Notes: a model not told the origin generated them from the sequence alone. DNA of 64,000 nucleotides from Saprolegnia diclina VS20 (GCF_000281045.1 NW_008246070.1:87543-151542); one strand, 5' to 3'; shown: positions 11,829 through 26,120, counted from the stretch's first letter. A program made the numbers and translations.

Positions 11829-12054
11829 ACGTTCGTCGTCGTTGGTGAATGGATTGTTTTGGTTTGCATACGATGGCACCGCCTTGGCTGGCTGCAACAT
11901 GGCCATAGGCGAGACTCTGCAGCAAGTAGATACGATGGGCAGCTACTGTCGGTTGCTGTTGAGAGGTACGAGGGCGCGAGCTCGTTGGGCCACGTCCTCA
12001 CGACGACCGCGAGCGATCTTGTGTTGGGTTCCAGGTGCAAATATTAATTGCTAG

Positions 12055-12546
<492 letters not shown>

Positions 12547-13037
12547 GATAGTCAACACCATGTAGTAAATATTTGCTCTGATCTCGATCCACTCGCATTT
12601 GGCGCACTCTAGCTCAGCCATCGTCGTTGCTACACGGTATCCTACATGGCGCTACGTCGTCGTCTTCGCCTTGCGGCCACGGTAGCTGTCACGTCGGCAG
12701 CCGATCGTGCTTGGAGGCGGCGGCGCGCCAATGGCTAGATCAACTGGGCTCCTCCGCCACATCATCACGCAGGGCCGACGCACCTGTCGGACGCAGTACA
12801 TATCTAGAGCTTGACGCAAGCATGGGCAGCGTCTCGCGACTCCATGCATGCAGCAAAGACTTCTTCCCGAGGCCAAAGCTCAATGGCGGATCGAGGATTG
12901 CGTATCCAGAATCTATCCTGTGGAGTTGGATACCCCGTGAAAGTTAATATTTTGGCTGTCAGGATACCAGATCTAGCTAATTATGCAGGTGGCACGTGGG
13001 GTCCAAAACCCGAAAGAATCCCAAGCGGCGAGACAAT

Positions 13038-13721
13038 ATGGCCCAGCGCACGCAGTCCCCGATCGTGACCGGTACGTCGGTCATCGCCGTCAAGTACAAC
13101 GGAGGCGTGCTCATGGCCGCCGACACGCTGGGCAGCTACGGCTCGCTGGCGCGCTTCACGGACTCCCGGCGCATCCTCAACGTGCACAACACGACCTTGG
13201 TGGGCGCGGGCGGCGAGCTCTCGGACTTTCAGTTCCTCGCCGATCACCTCGACGAGATGGCGGTCAACGACTTCAACAAAGACGACAAGTGCGACTTGAC
13301 GGCCGGCGAGATCTTCCACTACCTCCAGCGCGTGCTGTACCACCGCCGCAACAAGTTTGACCCGCTCTGGAACACCTTCTTGGTCGCGGGCGTCGAGAAG
13401 GGCGAGGCCTTCCTTGGCCAGGTCACGATGATCGGCAACGCATTCACAGGCAACTACCTCGCGACGGGCTTTGGCCACCACTTGGCCACGCCCTTGCTGC
13501 GCAACGAGTGGCGCGCCGACATGACCGAGACCGAGGCCCACGCGCTCCTCGAAAAGTGCATGCGCGTCTGCCTCTACCGCGACTGCCGCACGCTCAACCG
13601 CATCACGATCGGCCGCGTCAACGCGCAAGGCACGTCCATCTCGGAGCCGTACGCGCTCGACACCAAGTGGGACTATGCGTCGTTCGTCGCCCCCAAGTCG
13701 GGCACGGGCAGCTCGTGGTAA
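13038..13721 (+). CDS. PSMB4: 20S proteasome subunit beta type-7 (yeast Pre4 / human PSMB4)
   Basis: RTQSPIVTGTSVIAVKY.GGV.MAADTLGSYGSLARF, LYHRRNKFDPLWN, ATGFG.HLA.PLLR, CMRVCLYRD. Confidence 0.96.
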   Translation: MAQRTQSPIVTGTSVIAVKYNGGVLMAADTLGSYGSLARFTDSRRILNVHNTTLVGAGGELSDFQFLADHLDEMAVNDFNKDDKCDLTAGEIFHYLQRVLYHRRNKFDPLWNTFLVAGVEKGEAFLGQVTMIGNAFTGNYLATGFGHHLATPLLRNEWRADMTETEAHALLEKCMRVCLYRDCRTLNRITIGRVNAQGTSISEPYALDTKWDYASFVAPKSGTGSSW

Positions 13722-13829
13722 GTTGCGTCGCGTCGGGAGCGCCCAACGATGTCCATGCTTTAATACACACGACTTGTTCCTGCGCGGTCTCTGGCGAATC
13801 GAAAATTACGTCTTGTTACTATGGTACAC

Positions 13830-15122
13830 CTAGAAGTCGCGCGAGTCCCGTCGAAGGAACGTCGAGTTGCGCCGCTTCATCGAGCGCTGCATCATGAGCT
13901 GGAGCTGGTCAAAATTCTCCTCCTTGAGCGACTCGCATCGCTGGATCGTCTCGGTGAGGAGCAGGACGAGCTCGCTGTGCATGGCGTCCTGCCGCCGCAG
14001 CCAGTCTTCGAGCTCGTCCACCTCCGAGTCGACGGTCGATGCCATCGAGAGCGACGGCTCGTCCTTGAAGGTGGTCAGCGCGGACGGGGTGCCAACCTCT
14101 TCTTCAAACGTCTTTTGGCTGCTCGCGTACCGCTTGGCCGACGTCGGCGACGTCACCGAACTTGGGTTCGACCGGAAGCCGAGCTGCATTGGCCGGCGCG
14201 TCTTCTTCAGAACGTCCTTGATCTGGTCGTACGGAAGGTGCTCGACGACCTCCTTGTTGATCGAGACGAGGACGTCACCGAGGCGTGCGTTGCCAATGCC
14301 GGCGGCGACGCCCGACGCACAGCGCTCGAGGCTCGAGATCTGCAAGCCGCGGCGGTCGGAGGAAAAGTTGTTGAGTGAGATGCCAAGGTCGCCAGACGCC
14401 CAGCGCACCGAGTACTCGGAATTGGCGCCTGTGAGCAGTGGCGCGACCGGCGTGACGACGTCGAGGCGGCGACGGCCCTGCGTCGGGAGGCTCTCGACTG
14501 TGACCGGCGCCGGCTTTTGGTACGTCTTGCGCTGCCGCGTCAGGACGCTCGTGGCCGGCCGCTTGAACGCTTCGCTGTAGGAAAACGACTGGCGCGGCTC
14601 CTCTTCCGGCGTGTCGAGGGACGACAGGGAGCTTGACGGCGCAAATGGCATGCGGCTCGGCTTTTCCGAGTGGCGCGAATAGTACGGCTCGGAGCCGCGG
14701 GAACTATGGAACGACTCAGAGCTGCGCGAGCTGTGGAACGACTCGGAGCCACGCGAGCTGTCAAAGTACCCCACGAGGCTACCGCGATTGCCAGTGTAGA
14801 CGCTGTCCCGGCCGGCGTCGTTGAGCCAGAGGCTCGACCGAGAGTCGCGACTGTCCGCGTCATTCGGCACGTAGCTCAAGCGCACCTTCATGACATCGTA
14901 CATTTCGGTCTGACGCTCCATGACTTCGACCATGGCCTGCATGCGATGGATCAGCTCGGGCAGGCTCACAGCCAGCTCGCTCGGAGCCTCGTCGTCCTCT
15001 TCGTCCTGGTTCGATGGCTCGGTGGAGGCGCCGAGGCGAGCGAGCGTTGCCTGCATCTCGAGGGCGAGGTCCTCGATCCGGGCGTCCATCTTGCCGCCGG
15101 CCAGGTGCTGCGTCGCCATCAT
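13830..15122 (-). CDS. PDZ-domain protein with N- and C-terminal coiled coils
   Basis: Intronless ORF. PDZ-like YSVRWASGDLGISL...ARLGDVLVSINKEVV...YDQIKDVLKKTRRPMQLGF; short SSRGSESFH-type repeats. Confidence 0.8.
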   Translation of the reverse strand: MMATQHLAGGKMDARIEDLALEMQATLARLGASTEPSNQDEEDDEAPSELAVSLPELIHRMQAMVEVMERQTEMYDVMKVRLSYVPNDADSRDSRSSLWLNDAGRDSVYTGNRGSLVGYFDSSRGSESFHSSRSSESFHSSRGSEPYYSRHSEKPSRMPFAPSSSLSSLDTPEEEPRQSFSYSEAFKRPATSVLTRQRKTYQKPAPVTVESLPTQGRRRLDVVTPVAPLLTGANSEYSVRWASGDLGISLNNFSSDRRGLQISSLERCASGVAAGIGNARLGDVLVSINKEVVEHLPYDQIKDVLKKTRRPMQLGFRSNPSSVTSPTSAKRYASSQKTFEEEVGTPSALTTFKDEPSLSMASTVDSEVDELEDWLRRQDAMHSELVLLLTETIQRCESLKEENFDQLQLMMQRSMKRRNSTFLRRDSRDF

Positions 15123-15993
15123 GGTCGCCGGGTCGGTCGCGTCGGCAGAAAAGCACACTGGTCCCGCATCGGCGTGCGTATTTATTGAATTCTAATATAA
15201 TTTTATAAACTTCTGTTTTTATCCAGCTTTTAAATGCGAGACTCCATACAAATGAAAGGTGTTGGCGAGCAACCCAAAAATATTTCGATTACAAACAGTC
15301 CAACCTGCCAGAAACAAACCGCGGTGGGTGGCGAGATGCGTTGGGCGTTGAAGTCGCCGGTGGTGTTCTCCGGTCGCCGACGCCGTCCCGCGGGCCATGG
15401 CCGCGGCGAGCCCTTGTAGCCGTCATGGTCTTGCCACCGCTCCATCAGCGGTCTCTGGAGACGCCGTAGAACGCGACTTGTCGGGCCAGTACACGACCAG
15501 CAACATAGTCGCGACAAGCAGAAGTGGTTGTTGTTACGACCACGAGCATCGTCTCTTGCTGCTTGTTTGACATGGATACCAGCAACAGCGGAGAGGAGCG
15601 GCCAGTACGACAAAGCGCAACGCATGGACAGCTTCCGAGTCGCACCAACGAGTACTGTGGAAAAAATGTACTAGTACTTGCAGTCGGCACGCAGTCGGGA
15701 TGCAGCAGTCATAGCACTCGGCAGGGGTCGTGGGACTCTGCAGCCGTCATGACGACGAGGCGACGTGGGCATGTGCACGGAAGAGCAGGAGAGCACTGCT
15801 TCCATATCAGTCGTTGCCTTACTTCGATAGACCAAAAGGGAGCAGTACTGAGTCGTTGCTGGTATGCCATGGACATTTTCCGACCAACGTCGAGGTCAAG
15901 TGCAGCACCACCTCGTACGGGGCGTCATCGGTGTCAGTGCCAAGAAACGACGCGTCACTGGCAACGCTAGTGACATCGACTGGACCAACGCCG

Positions 15994-16054
15994 AATGCAT
16001 TGCCCACCATATCAGTACTGATATTATCAGTACTGATATGGTGGGCAATGCATT
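15994..16054. repeat. Perfect inverted repeat (30-nt arms, 1-nt spacer)
   Basis: aatgcattgcccaccatatcagtactgata-t-tatcagtactgatatggtgggcaatgcatt; the arms are exact reverse complements. Confidence 0.95.
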
Positions 16055-16197
16055 GATGATAATATCATCATCGCATTCTTTCGGCGTATCAAGTTGATAT
16101 CAGCATCGGTGCCGCCTGGTGGCACCGTGTGGCGACCGTCCAAGCAGCCGGAATTCGAGTACATGGGGCTCTTCCAGCAGTTGGCGCCAGATTCGAT

Positions 16198-19100
16198 TTA
16201 GAAGGCGTAGTGGGTAATGCCCATCTCGGCAGCGAACGCTACGTTGAGCTCCTTCTCGAGCTCTTGCTCGCTGCGCTTGGGCGGCAAGAGCTTGCTCAGT
16301 GGTTTCTTCTTGCGCTGCGCTTGGATCGCTGACGGATCGTACGCGTACTTGGGCAAGAGACTCGATGGGATCCCCTTGGGCTCGCTCTTGGTCTATGCAT
16401 CACGTTACACCAAAGGCGGCGGACGAGCGACGGTACAAAGGGCGTCGGACAGACGTTGGGCAGCTGACCGTCCTCGATCCGCAACAGGAGCGACGCGCCT
16501 GGGATGTACGCGATCAACCCCTTCTTCTTGGCAACTTCTTGCGCCACGAGAAGGTCCATATCCAAATCGTGCTGCAAGACGTCCTAGCATACACTGTTTG
16601 AACCAGAAGTTGTCGCGTCTCCTACGAGCGTGACGTTGCCGGCAAAGAGCGGCAGCTGGAAGCTGCCGGGAACGATGCCACGGCTCTCGGGGTGCAGCAG
16701 CTTGAGGTACGTCCACCCGAGTGGCGCCGACGACCAGTCGCCGGCTTTTCCCATCTTGATGCAGCGCACGTCCAAGACCAAGAGAAGCGGCGCGGATGGC
16801 ATGACATCACGGTAGGTCTACCATGTAATGTCGATACGACCTCTCGGTAGATCGATACGTGGTAGCCGTCGCTGAATTCGGGGCTCGAGCTTGCGCTCGT
16901 CCAGTCGTAGCTCACGGTCATTTGCACGTCGTCTGTGAGCTGCGGCGTCTGTGCAAGTACGTCAAAGTCTGCAGACGGAATTTGCGTACTTGGTAGAACG
17001 CAGCTGGAGGCGCGACGCTCGCAATGACTTTGACAAAGCTCCCGTTCGTGCTCGACGGAAGGTTGTGCAACCCGTCGATGGCGACGCGAAAGCCAATCTC
17101 GGGCTGGTACACAAAGATGCTGCTCAGCATATCGAGGAGCGACGTCTTGGGCTTCTTCTGCGTTGAACTTCAGAAACCGCGCTGCAAGACGTACGTACCT
17201 CGAGCTGGTCGGCGAGGACGGCCGGAAGCCTCTCGGTGTCCACGCCAAGGGTGCTTTGCAGGAGTTCGCCCACAAGCCGCGGCTTGCGCTGTCGCTACGC
17301 CCGCGTCCGTTAGTGTCGACTGGAGACCTACGTACCCGCAGCTCGTACAACTTTTCTTCCATCGCACTGGGCCGGGCGCTCGTGCTATCGTACGCGCGGC
17401 TGGCGTACGCCGGGGCCGGGAGCACGATGCGCTGCGCCTCCCACTCGGTTGCCGGGGCGTCCTTGCGACTCAGACAGCGCAGACCGTCCTCCGACTGAGA
17501 CGCACCTTCAGCGTTGGCTCACACATTGGCAGAAGTACCTTGGGCGCGCGTGCAATGCGCAGGAGTAGTGTGGCACAAGAGAGCTTGAGTGCGCTCTCGC
17601 AGGCCTTGGCGGTCATCGGTACCCCGCTCGAGCCGAGGGTGATGCCGGTTCGCAGCGGCACCTGGAACGCGCCGTCGTTGAGATAGACGTCTTGCATCGA
17701 CGGTTTGGTCGGCTGCTGACCATCGGCGTCAAGAAACACTGGTACAGCGACGTAGCCGAGCACAGTTGGGCTCTTGGAGTGCACGGCGATCGTGTCGAGC
17801 CGCACGACGACGGTCAGTGTCGGGTTGAAGCGCTCGTCCCGAAACTCGACGAGCTACGGTAGAGGTTGATTCCCGAGCTCTTCAGAGGAAGATTACGAGA
17901 CGGAACGTCGGGGCGACCGCCTTGTCTTGCACGCTGCAGAGCGCCGAGGTCTCGCTCAGCGACGTGCACAGCGTCATGTCGCTGTGGAAGGCAAAGACGG
18001 TTGCTTTTGTGACACTCGTGCAGTCGGGCAGCGACCGCGCACCGTCAATGTACAAGTTGACACCGTCGCCGCGGGCAAAGAGCTGCCGCCGCCGCTGGCT
18101 CGTGTTGTCGCAGTCCAGAAATACACTGTCTTCGAGCTCGTCTACAGTCGCTCTGGCATCGCAGCGGAATGTGACTTCTACCTGAGTGGGCGTAGAGGCG
18201 AGATGTTGGTATCGGGGAGGCAATCACTGGCGGCTTTGCCTTGGGCTGGACGCTGGTCTCGTCCTGGGTCGCAACGTTGCGCTCGCTCATTACTGTAGCC
18301 GGCCGCGATACCTCGACCGGACCTATGCGAGAACGCTAAACATGCTGCATGCGCAAGTGCTAGACAAACGCAGTGGCGTTGTCGTCTCGGGTGGTATTGG
18401 CAGCGGTGGAGTGGCGATGGAGTCTGGTGACTCGTTTGGCGTCACAGCCGCAAGCTTCTTTGGTGCCTTCTTCTCGGGTGGACGCTCTGGACCTGGTGAC
18501 GTGGGTGCTGCTGGCTGCATTTGGTTGGGCGGCAGCGTGTACTTGTCTACAGACAATTGGACTTGGCGGCGGCAGCCATGCGTGAAGTGGTACCGGCCAT
18601 CGAGTCGGGGTTGACTGGAAATTTGGAGGCTTCTTCGGCCTGCGCCGCATGCACGATCCGCACATAGAGCTTTGCCGACGCGTCGTCTTCGCCCAAAGGC
18701 AGTGCCCATGGCGCACTCGCCTGCGGCAACGGCGTAAAGCTCAGTGGGAGCTTGAAGCAGCCTTCTTGGAGCTCGAGCGACGGCAAGAAGATGTCGACAG
18801 CCGTCCATCCGAGCGAGGCCGGCGCCCGCGCCCGCGGCTCGGTTGGCGACGCCACCATGGCCACCTACACGACTTGTGGCGTCGACGGCGACCAAGATGC
18901 GTACCTCGACAAGGAGGCGGAGATGCGGACTCGCGGGCATCTGCTCAAAGTCGCGGCGCGTTGCAAACACACAGCGCTGATGGCTGAGGCCGTGGGGCTC
19001 GCACTCGTGCGCGCGTACGAGCTTGTGCTTGGAGCGAGTCGTCGTCTGGTCGTACAGCGCGTAGGTCAACTACGCTCGACGGCTCGCGCTACGATCCGTT

Positions 19101-21455
19101 GACGCAAATATACCTGCAAGCACGGGGCTTTGAGTGGTACACAAAGCACAAAGTCCCAGAAGATCACAAAGCCGAGGTCGGGATCGTACGGCAACACGCT
19201 GCTCTCGACGACCGTTGAGTTTGCTCCTTGCTCCTTCGCCAGCACCTTCTTCATGCGGAGGGCGAGCACCATGCGCTTCTGCTTGGCGACCCACTCGTCG
19301 TGCTCGAGCTGCTCGTCGGCTTCCTTGCGCCGTCGCTCGGCGCCTTCGCGCACCGCGCGCAGCTACATAGGTCGTTTTGTATCAATCTATCAAAAAATCG
19401 ATTACTTTTTCCTGCTCTTCAATGAGGTTGCGCTCGTGCTGGATACGCAGCATCTCTTGTGCGTGCTGCAGTCGGAGGGCTCGCAGCTCTGCCGGCTCGT
19501 CGCTGGGAGTCTCGGAGGACACAGACTTCTCGGGTCCCGTGCCCTGCAAACTCTGCAGCAGCTGCTGGAAGCGCGACGTCTCGCGCTCAAACTCGCGCTG
19601 CTCCTGCAGCTGCTTGAGCTCATCCAGCTGCGCCTGGAGTTTTGCCGTCTCGGAATCCGGCGGCGCTGGAAACGGAGGTGCAAAAGGAGGGTACCCCATG
19701 AAGGCGGCGCCAACACCCGCCATCCCAGAGTAGTACGGAGGTGGCTGCTGGTACATGTAGGGACTACCGAAGCCCCACGGCATCGATGCCGGGTAAGGTC
19801 CTGGTGCCGAGTAAGCTGCGGGAGCCGCCAAGTATGGCCCTGGTGCCAAGTATGATCCAGACGCAGGATATGGCCCCAGTGCTGCGGGATGTTGCGCAAA
19901 GCTTGGCCCTTGTGGGTACATTCCGGGTGGGTAGCCGCTCGTTGACGGTGCCGTAGTAGTCGGGTTTGTGGCAAGGGTTGGGGTGGCGGTCGTTGGGATG
20001 GAAACCACGGGTGTAGAGATGTTTACGGGCGGTGTGGTGAGAGGACGCGCTGGTGTCGGCGGGCGCGACCTCTTGCGACTTGTATGCTGCCGTGTGAGCT
20101 CTTCCAGCGAGTCGGACGGTGGCAACGTGGCGGGCGGCGGTGTTTTGGCTCGGGTTCGAGCGCGCGGAGGGCTTTGATTCGTACTGCGCCTCTTCGCACA
20201 TGGCGCTGGCTGGAGGTCTTGGAGCAAATGGTCGATCTGAACATCGACGGGGTCTTCCCGCACGAGCAAGAGCGACGCCACTTGGGTCTCCATGTCGATG
20301 CGCGCGGCGGCCTGCGCTTTTCCAGCAACTTCGACGTCTTTGGCCAGCCGCTCGACGCGCTCCTGTTCAATAGAGTAGTCGAAACCGGTCATTGAGAGAG
20401 GGTCAGCTTCTTGGTTGCTGCCCAGCGCCCGACGCAGCTGCGCCTGCTGCGCCAGTAGCTCTCTTCGCTGCTGCTCGAGATTCGCTGTGGCCACGCCGTG
20501 CGCGCGACTCCGTTCCATGTGCTTGGAGCGAAGCGCCTTGGATCGATCGTCGCCAACCTCTGGCGCGTCGGCGTCCTGGAGTTTCTCCAGCATCGTCCGC
20601 TCCAGCTCCCGGTGCTGGCGTTCCTGTTGTGCTCACGTTATGCCATCACAGTGATAGAAATAAGTACTTGGTCTTTGACGCGCTTCTCGAGGGCCTCAAT
20701 GTCTCGCAGCGCCGCATCTTCCTGTCTCTGCAAAGCCTCTTTGGCGTTCTGAAGCTCGGCCAAGTCGCGCTTCTTGGCTTCTTCGAGCGACGCGATGCCG
20801 GCCTAGACAGAACGCACTTGCTACTTGTCGACAGTAGTAGCGAGCGGCTACGAGATCCAGCGCATGCAGCTCCTGCTTGATCTGCTCTTGGCTCAAGCGC
20901 GCTTGGAGCTCGTCTTGCTTGCGCCGCTCGATCTCCATGAGAAGTGCTTCGATTTCGTCGTCTTCGCGCTGCTTTTGAAAGAGCGCTTGCTGCTGCCGCA
21001 CCTTGAGCGCGCGCACTTCGTCGGCCTTTTCTCTCGCGCGATCGCGCTGCAGCTGTGCCTTGAGCTTCTCCATGTCGCGGTCGTTCGCGGTCACGTTCGC
21101 CTTGAGCTCGCGGAGAGAGAGCTGCCCGAGGCCTGGTGCCATCGACGGCGCACTCAAGTACGCCTGCGCCTGCGCTAGGCTCATGGGGGGCAGTGCTGCC
21201 AATGTCGGCCGCTCGGGCTCTGCCAGCGCAGCCTCGAGCTTGGCCGGGTCGCCATACTCGCTCTGGACGCAAAACTAGCCGATATCCGCTTGGCATCCAG
21301 AGCATTGCGGGCAGAGGTACCTTGGCGCGGTGCGTACTGAAGTCGACGGCCGACTCGAACTGAAGAAAGCAGTCGCTACGAGAAGGCAGCGTCAAGATCT
21401 TAGTCTACGCCATCGGCGCGTACGCGCAGTAGTTTTCCTTGAAGCCCGACGGCAT
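16198..21455 (-). CDS. Large multi-exon CCDC17-like protein (N-terminal zinc finger, coiled coil, several C2-like domains)
   Basis: Spliced start MPSGFKENYCA|DCFLQFESAVDFSTHRAK|FC (C-x2-C...H...C), coiled coils, a Pro/Tyr-rich linker, PYDPDLGFVIFWDF (CCDC17-like), C2-like segments (GWTAVDIF, LNDGAFQVPL, PGSFQLPLFAG), ending GITHYAF* at 16198. Could be two genes. Confidence 0.65.
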
Positions 21456-21498
21456 GAGGATACGAACGAAACGTCGGTTTGCGTATGTATTGGTTAAG

Positions 21499-22255
21499 TT
21501 AGAGCGGGGGCAGCTTGGCGGCGAGGACGGCCCAGAGGTCATGCGCCTCGATTGTCGTGTACTGCGCACGGCCTACCAGCGGCCTCTTTGACGGCGCACG
21601 CTTGTGAGGACGAGTATCGTACCTGGCAAAAAGTAAAAGTCCGAGTGCAGGGTCTGCGCGAGTGCAATCTGAGCGGGCGTCGGCGTGTACAAGTCGTCGG
21701 GCGACCCCAGATGCAGGATCCAGCCGCAGTTGCGTCGCACCTTGGTGTACTGGAAAGCGTCAGAGTCGTCGTGCAAATGCGAATGAACGCTGCCGACGGT
21801 GCATCGCGGCGGTCCGGCCAAGTACGGCGCGACAAGAATAAGACCTAGGTCGAGGTCGTGTCGACGACCGCGAGGAACGGTCATACCCAGCACTTGAGCC
21901 TGCTCGGTCAATCTAGTATGGCATGGCGCATGAGTGGAGAGGTCGCGGCGACTTGAATAATCACCGTAACGCTAGTCCCGCGCCGCTTCGATGCCCCAGA
22001 ACGATCTACGCGCTTCTATCGATCAACGAGATGGTGGGGGGCCGACGGCACCGTGTCGCGGTCGCACTCGTCGCGCAGTGCGGCGAGCGGCGTCATGGCG
22101 CAGCGCAGGACTACCTACATGACGTGGCGTGACACAGGCGTTCCGACCATCATTCCCACTTTGCACTTGGCGGCGTCAAGCTTGGCCGCGAGCCAGGGGT
22201 ACCAGTTGGAGTCGTCGGCCGCGGGCACGAGGAGGAGGATCCGTGGTCGCTTCAT
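21499..22255 (-). CDS. RBBP9/YdeN-family alpha/beta hydrolase paralog with degenerate catalytic residues
   Basis: MKRPRILLLVP..DSNWYPWLA, IVLGHRSGAGLALR, LILVAP, NCGWILHLGSPDDLY, LHSDFYFLP|GRAQY...LWAVLAAKL. Confidence 0.75.
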
Positions 22256-22449
22256 CGGTGCTTTGCAAATGGCCGGCGGCTGTCGTTGAACCTGCGCGGG
22301 CTAGGGTTGTCTGTTGGCTTCTCGAAGAAACGCAGGCCGCAGCTTCTTCCCGCTCGTACTACTCATCGTCAGAACAACGAGCCCCATATATATTCCAAAT
22401 ACTCTGGTCGGAACCCTTGATAATATTTTATCAAGTCGATACTAGGCGA

Positions 22450-23264
<815 letters not shown>

Positions 23265-23471
23265 CGCACTTCTGAGCACCTTGGACATGGCCTTGGACTC
23301 GCATCCCATAGGCCAAAAGTCGCTGCATATCCAAACAAAACCGCCACTCCGCGCCACCTAATTTCGTGTTTGCATGCTGATTGGCTAAAATGAAAATACG
23401 CGCTGCGATTGAACAAAACTATTGGAAAATTGGCCAATCCACGACGCGCGGGCCACTTCGAGGATTGAACC

Positions 23472-24289
23472 ATGAACACGCTCCATGCCAACGACTGCGG
23501 GGCCGACGGCGCGCCGGTCCTCGCCGCAGACGAGTCCATCCTCGCGGTCTTCCCGAGCATCCGCATGTTCTTCAGCGAGTACGACGAGGACGACGAGGCT
23601 TCCGTTGTCGCCAAGGGCGCGGGCAACCTCGTCGTCACAACCAAGTACGATCGACCTCGTGGTCGCCGTCCGTGACGCCGTCCATGTAGGCGCGTGGTCT
23701 GGATCACGTCGCAGCCCGGCATGGCCGAGTTCGGCTACGCATGGGACATGCGGTACCTCTCGCTGCATGCCATTTCGCGCGATACGTCGAGCTTCCCGGA
23801 GCCCTGCCTGTATTGCCATGTACGTGCAGCACATGGCTCCATCACACCTCATCGACATGGAGTAGCTGGACGTGGAAGACGACGTCCAAGAAGTCCGCTT
23901 CGTCCCTGACGACAGCTCCAAGACATGTACGTAGCCATGGTGATCGTCCGAGGTTGACGGGTAATTAGTGCCAGCCATGTTTGACGCGTTCTCTGCCTCG
24001 GCGGCCTTGAACCCCGACGACGACGAAGGTACTACCACGCACGGTACCCTTCTTCGCTCATCATTTGCTGCGTACAGATGACGAAGAAGGCGAATGGATC
24101 TACAACGAAGACGAGGTTGAGGCCGGCGCGCAGGTCGACCACGTCGTCTCCGACTACGCACTCATCCTCCACTAGATGGACATTGCCGCGCATCTCGACT
24201 CGATTCTGACCGTGTCGCCGGCCATTGCGCAGGCGCCTGGCGGCGTCGCGGGTCAGTTTGACGACGCTGACGAAGACGACTTGTTGTGA
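23472..24289 (+). CDS. CLNS1A: pICln / methylosome subunit (nucleotide-sensitive chloride conductance regulator)
   Basis: G.L.VTT.RVVW, LSLHAISRDTSSFPEPCLYC, EVRFVP, MFDAFSASAALNPDDDE, acidic tail GQFDDADEDDLL*; several short introns. Confidence 0.88.
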
Positions 24290-24373
24290 TTCCAACTGGC
24301 ATGCGAGTATGTACACAGGAAGAGCGCAACGTAAGACGACGGGGGTTGAATTACCGCATGCAGACGCGTCTAC

Positions 24374-25724
24374 TTAGACCTTGTGGATCATGTTTTCTTT
24401 GTTGATGAGGTGGCACGTCGTCTCGACGAGGCGGAGGAGCTCCGAGATGTCCGAGGACCAGTTGGTGAGGAGTTCTTCGGGCGACTGCGGCTTCTGGAAG
24501 AAGACGATCTTGGCCGGCCGGTCGATCTTGGCGTAGATCGAGCCGGACGAGACGAGCGCCGAGATGCGCGCCTCGCACACCTACGCAATATATAATGGCT
24601 TTGTCGTTCCATGTGCATCAGAAGGGTACCTCTTCCGAGAGACCGAGCATGCTCGCGAGGTGGGGAAGGCGAATGCGCTGGTAGTGCGTGGCGACGACGC
24701 GGATGTTGTGCTCCGTTGTGCGCGTGTGGAGGTCCTCGAGCCAGCCCTGGCCACGGTTGGCGTCGGCAAAGATCGCATGCGCCTGGAGCTCGGCCTGGAC
24801 CGGCAGCGGGTACGGGATGATCTCCTTGGTCGTGAAGAGCTTCATGAGCGACGCGTAGGCCGGGAGGTCGTGGCGCAGCGGCTCGGTCGCGAGCTTGAAG
24901 AGCATGTCCTGCTGCAGGTTCGAGTGCGGCGACACGATGGCGAAGAGCATCGCGTGCTGGAGCGCGGTCGCCTTCTCGGCCGGCGTCAGCGTCTTGGTCG
25001 CAAAGATCGACTGCCAGTGGCGGCAGAGCTCGAGCGGGTTGTTCTCGTGCGTGTCGTACTCGATCATCAAGTGGTAAAACTTGATCTTGACCGCCTCAAA
25101 CTTGTCTTCTTCGAGCACGCGGCGCAGAATCTTCTTGCTGAGAATGAACGCGCGCACATAGTCCTTCTTGGCCAGCGTCAAGCGCACTTGTTCCAAGATG
25201 AACTCGACCTTCTCGAGCTTGGTCATGGCGCCGTACGTCTCGACATGCACTTCCTGGAGGATGTCGGCGGCCTCCGCGATGAGACCGTTCTTCTCCTTGA
25301 TCTGCGACAGCATTTGCGTGAGCTGCGCGCGTTCCTTCTCGAGAAAGATGCGCCCGTCGGCCACCGTGCGCAGCGCTTGAATGAGCGAGACGCGGACCTC
25401 CTCGGTCGGGCAGTCGTTGATAAAGGCCATGGCCGTGAGCACGGCCTTGCCGATGGCCTGACTCTTCTGCGCGCGACGCTTCGAGAGCAGCGTCACGTGC
25501 TCGACCAAGAGCGTGAACTGCTTGTGGCTGTGCAGGAGCGTGAGGATCTCAACGACCAGCACCTGCAGCGAGGTCAGGTCGTTGTGGAGGCGCGCAGCCT
25601 TCTCGAGGGCAAGGAGCGCTTCGACGGCGCCAGCAATGTCCCCCGCAGCAGCCATGGCGCGGGCCTTGGGCACGAGGGCCGCGGTCTCGGCCGAGTGGTC
25701 GCTCTTCTTGAGGCCGTCTTCCAT
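24374..25724 (-). CDS. PSMD12: 26S proteasome regulatory subunit Rpn5 (PSMD12)
   Basis: LLALEKAAR, LLSKRRAQ, GRIFLEKERAQLT, LQEVHVETYGAM.K.EKVEFILEQVRL, TEHNIRVV..HY.RI, AKIDRP, HLINKENMIH; intron ~24581-24629. Confidence 0.96.
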
Positions 25725-26120
25725 CTTGATTTCCAGCCGCTCTTCGACGATATCCAATGTGATGAACACTACTCGCACCCATTCTAATAGTCTTACTCAT
25801 ACTATATTACCGGTATCCTAACCCTGAAATAGTCTACCACATGCTCGAACAATATCTTGCTTGCGGAGAGGCTCTTGACGCTGTAGGCAGTAGCCGTACG
25901 CACGTCTTTTCATCGAATCAACCAAGCGGGCTGTTGTGCATGGTTTGCTGAAGAAAAGGTGTGGCGTGGGTGGCAACAATGGAGTTGCAAAATAGTAACA
26001 CTATTCAAGGACTGAAATTGATACTGGATAGGACAATTTCGGATCGTATCCGGATGATGCTACGGCAATGCGATCTTAGAGTTACTAGTGCACGGGAACC
26101 GTCGTGCCCAAGCTGGAAGC

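Noticed and set aside
14690..14765. Approximately 27-nt repeats (ggaacgactc...) resembling a short spaced array
   Set aside because: Coding repeats (SSRGSESFH) inside the PDZ gene, with no unique spacers or cas genes, so not CRISPR.
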